Source: Eledone cirrhosa (Eukaryota). Taken from it: 64,000 nt of DNA. This document shows positions 1-12,300 of this stretch, in pieces; within the stretch, counting starts at the first letter, position 1; each line of letters begins with the position of its first letter. The notes beneath the pieces were generated by a model, which searched no databases, was not told where the DNA came from, and saw only the letters and a program-made list of their open reading frames with translations. The stretch spans positions 102,486,001 through 102,550,000 of the forward strand of contig OZ024744.1 of NCBI GenBank assembly GCA_964016885.1, written 5' to 3'. The translations under genes were made by a program, and so were the position numbers.

Positions 1-1375
1 ATTAGCTGCCAATTAAATCAATAAAACTGCATAGAGGAAAGAACTTCATTATTTTAGGTCAGAAATGTAATTTTTTTTATATTCCTTATAATTTAAAACA
101 AATTAACCCCGCCACCCACACCTTTGAATCAAAGTAGTCACCCCGCCAAAAAGGAAAAAAAAATCCTTTAAAATAATCCCCAAAACATTATGACTAATGT
201 TAAATAGAGGAAATATTTTTGCCATTTCTAAATAAATTTGAGCATATATATATAATCATACACAGTAATAAAAAGGCATATATTTTTTAAAACTATATAT
301 ATATGTGTGTATAGCACACTTTTATCTAACAAGAAGCTGTCATAAAAAATATAAATTCTTAGCATTCATCCACTCATCCATTCATAAAATGTACAAAAAT
401 ATACACGCATTAGTGTGAGTGTGTGTGTGACTCCACTGATGTGTAGTCAACTGAACAAAGCCATGATTGGAAATGCAATACTTGTTAAGCCTACACAAAC
501 ATACACATGAGTACATACAATGTTGTTGCATAGAACACTTGTTTTTACACCACATAATAAATACTCTCTCTCTCATTTAGTAAAGTCAACTTAGCTAATA
601 ATTAAACGAAAACTGATTATTATTATTATTATAATTCTTTTGTTATTTGGTTGTGTATATCGGAGTTGTTTTGTCACACTTTTACCAGAAGCTGACTAAT
701 TTCTGTTAACCAAAACATTTCTATATGTTATCTTTCTCAGAAGAGAAAGCAAACAGCTGAAACATTTCAACTTCTAGAAAATCAATTCAATGAACATTTA
801 CGGATCAATTTTTGCCAAACACTACACTCAGTACCTTCTGTAAAGTGGTTAGTGATGAGAAGGGCGTAAAGCCAAACAAAGGTTTCAGAGAACTCTTTAG
901 TTATGTCAAAGACATGACAAACATCCCTAGTGTTGCTGCCATGATAAAATGTACTCAGTGTACTCTGATGAGTGTAGGAACTTACGCAAACAACATGTGA
1001 GGCTGCACAGCGCCTGAAAAGTCAGTAGCTTCAATTGGATACTGACACAGTCTGTGATGACCTGTCCAACTCCTTGGTAGCAGGGAGAACGGATGTTAAA
1101 TGATAATGATTCAGACCCCAACCACCAGTTCGCTCATATTCTATATTTTACTATAATCTTTTGGTAGGTAGCCTTAAGAGATTAATCAGCAGATGAGAAG
1201 ACTGTGACAAAATACTGATGTCAGAAACCAAATAAAAAAAAACCCCTAAATAAAACAACAATAAAAATAACAATCAGTAAGTTTAATTAAATAATATATT
1301 TCAAAACTAAAATCTATATCAAATGATGTCAAATATTCTCACACATACTATTTTGTTCTTTTAATAATAATAATA

Positions 1376-1505
1376 AATATTGTTATTAATGGTGCCTGTT
1401 TATTTTAAAGTTTTACTGATGTTGTTGGCTTATCAAAACAAGTTTTGAGAAGCCAACAACACCAGCAAAATATCTAAGTAAACTGTCACCATAAATAACA
1501 ATATT
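1376..1505. repeat. Imperfect fold-back inverted repeat (64-bp arms, 2-nt loop)
   Basis: 1376-1439 versus the reverse complement of 1442-1505 aligns without gaps, with 11 mismatches by hand count. Confidence 0.85.
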
Positions 1506-3644
1506 TTGACTCTGTGTACAAGTTATTTATTTAGTGCTCGTTGTGTGTGTTTATAATACAAACTCATAAAACAAGCACACACACACACATACATATGGAT
1601 ACCAACCATACATATATATATATATATATAATGTATAATATATATATATTTTTGTAGGTGTACTATTCATGTTTTTGCAAAATTTTACTGGCTGGATGCC
1701 CTTTTTATTGCTAACAATTTTACAGTGTGGATTGTATGTATTTTATCATGCCACCCGCACTATAGAGTATCTGTCAAGACTATAGAGTCCCCTACTTTCC
1801 ATCCATTTAGAGTAAATATCACCACCAGCCACCCAGTTCAACGACTCCAGCATTGAGAAGTAGATGTAAAAAACAATAAGGACATATCTACTTCTTTATT
1901 GATGATACAAATGCTCTAATGAATATATTAATTCTCTGAATGTAAGAATGTGTGTGTGCGCGCACAAACAAACAAATGTTCAAACATACAGGAAATTTAT
2001 CAATATTTTATGAAATGTGTTATCAGCAAACATATCAATCAAGTATTGTGTAATGGGTGTGGTTGGCTCACATTAGATCAACAGATATCAATGAACTAGT
2101 CATATATCAATAAATCACAAGAGCAACTTAAGTGAAAATGACTCAACCAGAAAGTATACCTGCTTGTGTTCTTCACTAATGCTCTGTGATAAAATCACAT
2201 ATATACAAATTTATGTAAGTGCAATATATATATCATATACACACACATATATATAGTGACTTAGAAGAGTCGTTAAAATATTGTGCTAAATGCCTTAAGA
2301 TTTGTCCTACTTTTCTGTGCCTGAGTTCAAATCTCGCCTCTTTCTGCTAGACAGTATCACTAATTGAAAGAAATACATATTTTACATTATCATTAGTTAA
2401 CATTTGTGTCCCTTTTTAAGTGCAAATCCCACGTGACTGAAGGGGGTCTTTACCCATATACACACACACACATATATATATATATATATTAGTGTGTCCA
2501 TCTGTGTCTGTATATTTCCTGGAAAAACGAACACATCGTAAGAGAGAGGAACAAAAAAAGAAGCATCTATCTCCTTTGTCACCCATTCCCTTGTGAAATA
2601 GGTCATTGGGATTTTGTCCAACTCTGTGCTTGGGTGTTTGCGTACGTCATTCAACATAGCAATTTGGTGAAAATGGAATGATAAATTAAGTACTGGGTTT
2701 GATGTGGTGGACTACACCCTTTCTAGGCCACAGTAGAAGAAAGGAATAAATAAATCTATAATATGCGTGTATCCTGATTTTAGAATAAATATACCATATC
2801 CCTTGTGTCATAAGAGGCGACTACGACCAAAAGAGTAGGCATCAGAAAGGGCATCCAGCTATAAAACATTGTCTCATAACATCCCATCCAACCCATGCTG
2901 GTATGGAAAAGTAGACATAAAAACAATGATGATTATCACACACTAACTTTTATCCCAGAGAATTTGCAGGATAGTTGAATGTTTTGATCAACTAGGTCTC
3001 CACAGATGTACACTTTTCACAATAAACTACACATGGCATGTACTTCTCAACTAAAGAGTGGCTTGATGAGTTTATAGTACTTTTTATACAACTTTTTAAA
3101 GTGATATCAAACAACATATATCTTTTTTTAATATTTATATATATATAAATTACATATATTTAAATATATATACACACACACACACACACTAAACATGTAT
3201 ACACACATATGTATGTGTGTGTGTATATATACACATACACTCCATACATACATGCATGTAAGTTTCACCTTTTCCTATGAAAATATATGAAAAACCATGA
3301 GATTTATCAGCTTGAGTTACAAATCATTTCATTGTAAATGTTATATGTGAAAATGTGGTGTGATTTATACATAAGTATAATCATACACACACTTATACAA
3401 ACGTGTGTGTGTGTGTATATATATATACACACACACACACACAATATGCATACATAGAGAAAAGTACATGCAGACACACACAAATATACATATAAAAATT
3501 CAACAAAATCCAAATCTTTAAACAATTACCAAAAGGTGTTTTAAGATGTGATTTTAATATACATACACACACAAAAATCCCAAAGCCCCTCATCTGCATC
3601 AGTTCATATAAATAATAAATAGATCTAGAAAACTATTATCTCAC

Positions 3645-3757
3645 CTGGCTGTCTAATCCAAGTAAGATGATCATTACAAAAAACACAATAGACCACAATG
3701 GAGCAACTGGCATTTGTGATACAGCTTCTGGATAAGCAATAAATGCAAGACCTGGAC
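3645..3757 (-). CDS. SLC6 coding exon 8 (EL4/TM8): [38 protein letters not shown]
   Basis: Translated by hand. Acceptor ttttaAG, donor CAG|GTGAGA; 113 nt, phase 1-0. Confidence 0.94.
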
Positions 3758-6295
3758 CTTAAAATAAAAATAGAAGAGAATAAAAAATTGTTTATTGTTC
3801 TTTCTATAATTTTAATTATAGCTTAGCATTTGTATGTGCATCTTTAGTATATTGCTGTGTAGTATATTATACTTCCAGCTAAGCTATACTTAGAAGTATA
3901 GCTTAGTTGGAAGTATAATATATTACACAGCAATATACTAAAGATGCACATACAAATGATGTGTAAACATACACATACAATTGCTGCATTTGGTTTGTAA
4001 AACTTGCTTATTTATAAGATTCAATTCCAGTGTAAGTTGATTAGTTGAAAGTGGGCAGTTTTTAAGTCTATTGACAAGGGTGTTTGTTTAGTAATAAAAT
4101 TAATTATAGTTGAATAACGAATAACTGTGATGGGAAAGCAGGTGTTTAAGTGAGAGTTTATAAGTATAAAACAAAAACATAAAAGAAAAAAATTTGCTAT
4201 GCCAGGAATGAAAATATAAGTGCATGGTAGTAGGAATTTTAATTTTGTAATGAGAAGAATTATTCTGGTGAAAGAATTGTAATTTGTGTGTTTCTTTTGG
4301 AGGAGTGGGTTTATAGAGGATTGGTCACTTTGAAAGATAGACAAAGGATTTGAGAGAGTGGTCAGTTTTATATGGAGGATTGGTCAATGAATGCTAAAAA
4401 AATTTTGAGTGTTTTGTTTGTGGAATTACATTTATAGGAAATTCCATGCAGGGGTTTAAATGTAAGATATTTATATGAAAGTAGTAAATAGTATTGTGAA
4501 GAAATGGAGGTAATTGGAGATAAAGAATTTAGAGTGTGCTGTTAGAGGTGGTGGTGGTGGAAGGGAAATTATAGAATTTGTCTTTGGGCAAGAGGTAGAT
4601 GTCTCATTTAGGACTTCAGTCAGTGGCACTTTTGCTCCCTCCCATATAGAAGCCGTGGTAAATGTCAGGGTCACTGCCTCCATAGCTGAATGGAATAAAA
4701 TACAGGGAACTATCAAATAACTATTTTTTCCACCCTGGGATGTTCGAGACGTTTGGTGGAGCTGGGCCACTGACAGCGAAGTTCTTGTCATCGTTGGAGG
4801 CTCACTTTACTGAGGAGTCAGGTGATAGCCATGATGGTGCCTGGTTATTTCAGTGCCTTAACATCACCATCACCCGCAGTAATGCTTGCCTAAAAAATTT
4901 CCATTGACCCTTGTGGTGTGTGACTGATTGTGAATTGATGTTTTTTTTGCTTTTTGTTTGTCTTCTTTTTCTCACTGATTTTTGTGCAACATATTTAATG
5001 TTATTTATACAATTGCAAATTAAAGGGTTCCTTCGAAGGAAGGGTCTTTGGAGTAACATTACTCAATAGAGAGTGTTAACTCGGAGATCAGAATATCACT
5101 CCAGATAGAGCCGCTACTTCTAGAAATACTATGGGCACGTGGTTAGAATGTCTCAGGAAAGAATTGTTGGACAGATTTTATGGGCAAAACCAACCGGCAA
5201 GAGACCCAGGGGTAGACACTGAGCAAGATGGTTGGATAACATCCATGAGCTTGGGTGGTCTCATTTGGGGATCCAGTTAGATCAGTTGCTTGACAGAATC
5301 CACTGGAAGGAATGTTTGAGGACTGCCCACGTGACCCTCCGAAGAATAAGTGGACGAAGTAAATTAAAAAGTGTTGTAGAGAGGGTCAAATTTTCTCTTC
5401 AAGAAATAAAGTTCACACTACTTACACATATTGAGTGCTTATTCAGTTAATGTTTGAATGTTTTAAGTACAACGGTGTTTTATGAAATACACTGTAAACA
5501 TAGTTGGTGTTAGGAAGAGCATCCAGCTGTAAAATTCTCAGTCAAATTACAGTTCAGTCTGAAGAAGATACAGTGCGGCCAACTGGCCAGACTTGTCTCA
5601 TGATGTGGATGACCCATCTAACCCATGCAATTATGGAAAATGGACGTTAAACAATGATGATGATGATGATACATTGTTTTATAAACCGAATATTAAATAT
5701 TCTTTTTATTGTGATATAGCTTTATATCCAAGTATGAGAAAGTGTAAATTAAATAATTGTTTAATAAATAAAACCAAATATATTACTATATATAATATTG
5801 GAACACATACGATACAGATTGATAAAATAAGAATCAGAGACTTTAAAATAAGTATTGGTCCAGTTGTGACCAACTAAAGCCTTGAAAGCAATGCCCCTCC
5901 CCTTGCATGGCCCTAGTAAACCAGTAAAATATATATACATTATATATATAATAGAAAAAACGAGGCAGTTTCGTTTACATATGAAAAATATTTATTGAGT
6001 ATCAACCTGTTACATGTTTCAGAGGATTGGCTCAAGGTGACCCATTGGAGTCATGGACCTGACTCTAGTATCAATTTGCACCTCAGACTAACTTGTTTTT
6101 TTCCATTATATACACTCTGCCTGTGCATAGAGTGTTTGATTTGGTACCAACACCTCTATTTCAACGTACTACCTACACTATATATATAAGTATATATAGA
6201 CATATACAATTATATATATAATTATATAAAGTATATATACACACACCATATGCATGTGTGCATGTGTGTATTAAATATGAGAGAAAGAGAAAGAG

Positions 6296-6326
<31 letters not shown>

Positions 6327-9300
6327 ACATGGTTGTTATTGAAAAGAATAAAAAAATAAAAAAAATAAAATAAAAACGATTTAGCTATTTTGTCAGCGTC
6401 CATATGTAACATAAGCCAGTTGTGACATATGGAAAGTTACCAACTATTTAAGGAAACAACATTATTTGTCCCAGTTTGTTTGGTTGAAAAACGAGTTCTA
6501 CTTATGAATACAAATGGATTACATGAATTTCTATCTACATATCACAGCTGAGTGGTTATTCAACAGTTAAATTATGAATTAAAATTTTCCAAGATAGCAT
6601 GGAAAAATAGCTGTAAAACCAGTGGAAAATAAAACTAAAAAGAGCCTTTGGAAAAAATAAACTTCCTTTAATTTGTCTGATAACAATGAATACAACTTAC
6701 CTGACTCAGCTACTTCATCAATTGTTAAACCTTGTCTTTTAGCCATAAAACCAAGCACAGAGAAAATGACAAACCCAGCAAGAAAACTGGTAAAAGTGTT
6801 GGCTATAGCAAACAGTATACTGTCCCTGGATGAAATAAAATATTTTCATTATTAACATCATCATCATTCAACAAGCAGCAGTGTATTATAAAGAAACGAG
6901 ATTCAAAAAGCAAGAAATCTAAATATACTTTGAAGGCAAAGTAGAAAAGGGGATACACATTCCTAAATATTAGAAAACCTCATATCATACTCATTAAAGG
7001 AACGATTGATTATAATGAAACGATCATAACCACACCTGAAAAAAATTGATATTGTTTTATTTATGGGTTTCCGATTTCAATAAAATAAAGACACTAAGTA
7101 CAACAGAGTATACAGGCTTAATTTGACATTTCTAACTAAAAGCTGTCAAACTTCACATTATAGTGTTAAGAGTTAAGTCAAAAATATATAGCAAAATTAT
7201 AATTTTATAATGCAACAGTGGTATTACTTATACAGGCTTACTTTGACATCCCTAACAAATAGCTGTCAAACATCAGTCTAAACAAAAGTAAAGTTCTAAT
7301 GTGATGGACATTTGAACTGTCAAATCCATTCTTAGATATTCTCTGCCAAATAATTATAGTGTTAAGAGTTAAGACAAATAAAGAGTTAAGCTAAATTAGA
7401 AAGATTTTAATACTTACTTATATGAATTATGATGAAATTTGTTATAACTTCCAAGAGCAGTTAATGTACCCAAACTTATAGAATAGGAGAAAAAGATTTG
7501 AGTACCTGCATCAACCCACACCTGAAATTGAAATTAATGTACCTTGTAGGTTTTTGTTTTAAAACAGAATAAAAAAAATCGATAATAATTGTTTCTACTT
7601 TTGGCACAAGGCCAGAAATTATCCCACTGTATTACTGGTACTTTATTTTATTGACCCCGTAAGGATGAAAGGCAAAGTTAACCTCGGCGGGATTTGAACT
7701 CAGACCATTAAAGGCCGTAACTCTTTGCTGTAAAGCATGGCGTCCGACCCTCTACTGACACTGCCAATCCACCGCCCTTAAAATCGATAATAATTGTTTC
7801 TACTTTTGACACAAGGCCAGCAATTATCCCAGTGTATTACTGGTACTTTATTTTATCGACCCCGTAAGGATGAAAGGCAAAGTTAACCTCGGCGGGATTT
7901 GAACTCAAAATGGCAAGGGCCGTAGCTCTATACGTCAAAGCATGGCGTCCGACCCTCTACTGATACTGCCAATCCACCACCTTTTAAAATCGATAATAAT
8001 AATAATATAAGTTGCTTGTAAGTGAAAGTTGATTTACCTGTCTATTTAAAAGTTTACTCCAATCAGGAATTAAATAATACTTTAAACCATCAACAGCACC
8101 ATCTAATGTAACCCCACGTATTAAAAGAACAAGCATTAGAATGTAGGGACTAGTTGCAGTAAAATACATCACCTGAAAGAAAAAAAATAACAAAGATCAG
8201 TTAATTATGAAAATTAATTAATACTAAAATAATTCTGAGGAAAATATATGTTTCTTTTATTAGATGTAGATTAAAAAGATGGGCAAAATGTTTTAGCTAA
8301 AATCTTGATTAAAAAAATAGAAAAACACAAACAAACAAAAAACAAATAGGGGATAAGAGGGTGTTGTAGGTGTGTGCATTCACACGTATTGACAACCTGC
8401 CACTACCATATAAAGCATAAGTGACAGAAAATCTCAAATAGTTGATTGCTGTTTATATCTAAATAGTCCTGGAGAGGGATGGGCTCCGCCAGGTTTAAAA
8501 TTGCCCCAGAAATGCCATATATCAATACAGTGCCCCTACATAAATAGTGAAGTTTGTATGTTGCAAGGAGAAGGATCATGTTTTGGGGGAGGTTTCTTTA
8601 TCTGTGAAGGAAAATAAAGATATTCAGAATACACTCTATTTAACACACACGTATACAAGGGGGTGCTGAAATGTTCTTGGGTTTGGATAAAAGAAAACAC
8701 AGGAGGATCAGTTAATTCAAATTTTATTGCAGTGGCCCTACCTTCCCTGTAAAGGTAACAGCTCTACCTTTAAAGCCAGGAACTTTTCAGCACCCCTTCT
8801 TATATAAACGGCTGATAAAAAAAGTGATGTATGCTAGATGTATTGGGCCTGTATAGTATACTAATGACACTCCTGTTAAAATCTCCATCTACATACCAGC
8901 CTACCTATAATCCTTCTCCCTAGAAAGGATATCTGCTTTGTATTCATTCAATCAACCATCATCAAATATCACACTGCCTTTCACTACACCACCATCAACC
9001 CATTATCATATATTACTCTACATGTCTCTCATCACAACCACCATGTTGATTATGTGATATGGGAGACCACAGATATCTCTCCATATTTAGTACTGTCATC
9101 TACTGTTAACCACCATTCTCTCTCCCCAGACTCTTTTTTGACCTCATACCAACCAATATGTAGCTACCAGTCTCTTTTCCCTTACCACCCTCTCATGTTC
9201 TCCCCTTATCCGTCACTCACCACATTTGTGTTTCTACCTATTCATAGCGCTCTGCAGCCATGACACACCTCTATTGCTCATTCTCATACCTAATTACTAT

Positions 9301-12300
9301 TGTCTTTGCTCCCATACCATCCTATCACTGTTTCACCTACATGCAAATATTCATACTCTCTATTCATTTAACTTCAAACTCTCACTGTTTCATAATTACC
9401 ACTCCCAACCCTCTCATACATTGTCATCACTACTATAACCCACCATTCCCACCACTACCCTAACCAACCATTCCTCCACCCCCAACTCTCATACATTGTC
9501 ATCACTAACCTACCAACCCTCTCATACACTACCCTAACCTACCATTCCTCCACTCCCAACTCTCTCATACACCATCACTACTATAACCTATCATTCCTCC
9601 ACTCCCAACTCTCTCATACACTACCACCACTACCCTAACCTATCATTCCTCCACTCCCAACTCTCTCATACACTACCTCCACTACCCTAACCTACCATTC
9701 CTCTACTACCACCACTACCCTAACCTACCATTCCTCCACTACCACCACTACCCTAACCTACCATTCCTCCACTACCACCACTACCCTAACCTACCATTCC
9801 TCCACTACCACCACTACCCTAACCTACCATTCCTCCACTACCATCACTACCCTAACCTACCATTCCTCCACTACCACCACTACCCTAACCTACCATTCCT
9901 CCACTACCACCACTACCCTAACCTACCATTCCTCCACTCCCATCACTACCCTAACCTACCATTCCTATACCACCACCACTACCCTAACCTACCATTCCTC
10001 CACTCCCATCACTACCCTAACCTACCATTCCTCCACTACCACCACTACCCTAACCAACCATTCCTCCACTACCACCACTACCCTAACCTACCATTCCTCC
10101 ACTACCTCCACTACCCTAACCTACCATTCCTCTACTACCACCACTACCCTAACCTACCATTCCTCCACTACCACCACTACCCTAACCTACCATTCCTCCA
10201 CTACCACCACTACCCTAACCTACCATTCCTCCACTACCACCACTACCCTAACCTACCATTCCTCCACTCCCATCACTACCCTAACCTACCATTCCTCCAC
10301 TACCACCACTACCCTAACCAACCATTCCTCCACTACCACCACTACCCTAACCTACCATTCCTCCACTCCCATCACTACCCTAACCTACCATTCCTCCACT
10401 ACCACCACTACCCTAACCTACCATTCCTCCACTCCCACCACTACCCTAACCAACCATTCCTCCACTACCACCACTACCCTAACCTACCATTCCTCCACTA
10501 CCACCACTACCCTAACCTACCATTCCTCCACTACCACCCTAACCTACCATTCCTCCACTACCACCACTACCTTAACCTACCATTACTCCACTCCCATCAC
10601 CACCCTAACCTACCATTCCTCCACTACCCTAACCTACCATTCCTCCACTACCCTAACCTACCATTCCTCCACTACCCTAACCTACCATTCCTCCACTACC
10701 ACCACTACCCTAACCTACCATTACTCCACTCCCATCACCACCCTAACCTACCATTCCTCCACTCCCATCACTACCCTAACCTACCATTCCTCCACTCCCA
10801 TCACTACCCTAACCTACCATTCTTCCACTACCTCCACTACCCTAACCTACCATTCCTCCACTACCACCACTACCCTAACCTACCATTCCTCCACTACCAC
10901 CACTACCCTAACCTACCATTCCTCCACTCCCATCACTACCCTAACCTACCATTCCTCCACTACCATCACTACCCTAACCTACCATTCCTCCACTACCATC
11001 ACTACCCTAACCTACCATTCCTCCACTACCATCACTACCCTAACCTACCATTCCTCCACTACCACCACTACCCTAACCTACCATTCCTCCACTCCCATCA
11101 CTACCCTAACCTACCATTCCTCCACTACCCTAACCTACCATTCCTCCACTACCCTAACCTACCATTCCTCCACTCCCATCACTACCCTAACCTACCATTC
11201 CTCCACTACCCTAACCTACCATTCCTCCACTACCCTAACCTACCATTCCTCCACTACCCTAACCTACCATTCCTCCACTCCCATCACTACCCTAACCTAC
11301 CATTCCTCCACTACCATCACTACCCTAACCTACCATTCCTCCACTCCCATCACTACCCTAACCTACCATTCCTCCACTACCATCACTACCCTAACCTACC
11401 ATTCCTCCACTACCATCACTACCCTAACCTACCATTCCTCCACTACCATCACTACCCTAACCTACCATTCCTCCACTACCACCACTACCCTAACCTACCA
11501 TTCCTCCACTACCACCACTACCCTAACCTACCAGTCCTCCACTACCACCACTACCCTAACCTACCAGTCCTCCACTACCACCACTACCCTAACCTACCAT
11601 TCCTCTACTACCACCACTACCCTAACCTACCATTCCTCCACTACCATCACTACCCTAACCTACCATTCCTCCACTACCACCACTACCCTAACCTACCATT
11701 CCTCCACTACCACCACTACCCTAACCTACCATTCCTCCACTACCATCACCACCCTAACCTACCATTCCTCCACTACCACCACTACCTTAACCTACCATTC
11801 CTCCACTCCCATCACCACCCTAACCTACCATTCCTCCACTACCACCACTACCCTAACCTACCATTCCTCCACTCCCATCACCACCCTAACCTACCATTCC
11901 TCCACTACCATCACCACCCTAACCTACCATTCCTCCACTACCACCACTACCCTAACCTACCATTCCTCCACCACCACCACTACCCTAACCTACCATTCCT
12001 CCACTACCATCACTACCCTAACCTACCATTCCTCCACTACCACCACTACCCTAACCTACCATTCCTCCACTACCCTAACCTACCATTCCTCCACTACCAC
12101 CACTACCCTAACCTACCATTCCTCCACTACCATCACCACCCTAACCTACCATTCCTCCACTACCACCACTACCCTAACCTACCATTACTCCACTACCACC
12201 ACTACCCTAACCTACCATTCCTCCACTACCCTAACCTACCTTTCCTCCACTACCCTAACCTACCATTCCTCCACTCCTCTCTCATACACCACCACCACTA

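Noticed and set aside
382-3599. Short ORFs rich in CV/YI/HT (also at 25.5 kb and 60.7 kb)
   Set aside because: Translations of (CA)n/(TA)n/(GA)n microsatellites.
1-3644. SLC6 exon 9 (expected F.GVEG...D)
   Set aside because: No matching translation found by eye; it probably lies left of the window.
3990-4800. Possible decayed non-LTR 5'/endonuclease region (ORFs 4021-4344, 4471-4791, 4514-4720)
   Set aside because: Compositionally distinct, but no convincing ordered motifs.
6673-6855. + strand ORFs opposite SLC6 exons (6673-6855, also 23514-23774)
   Set aside because: Antisense shadows of real minus-strand exons.
7109-7395. Short local duplications (also 13930-14070 and 59158-59262)
   Set aside because: Degenerate 2-4 copy repeats, ordinary for this kind of genome; no functional signal.
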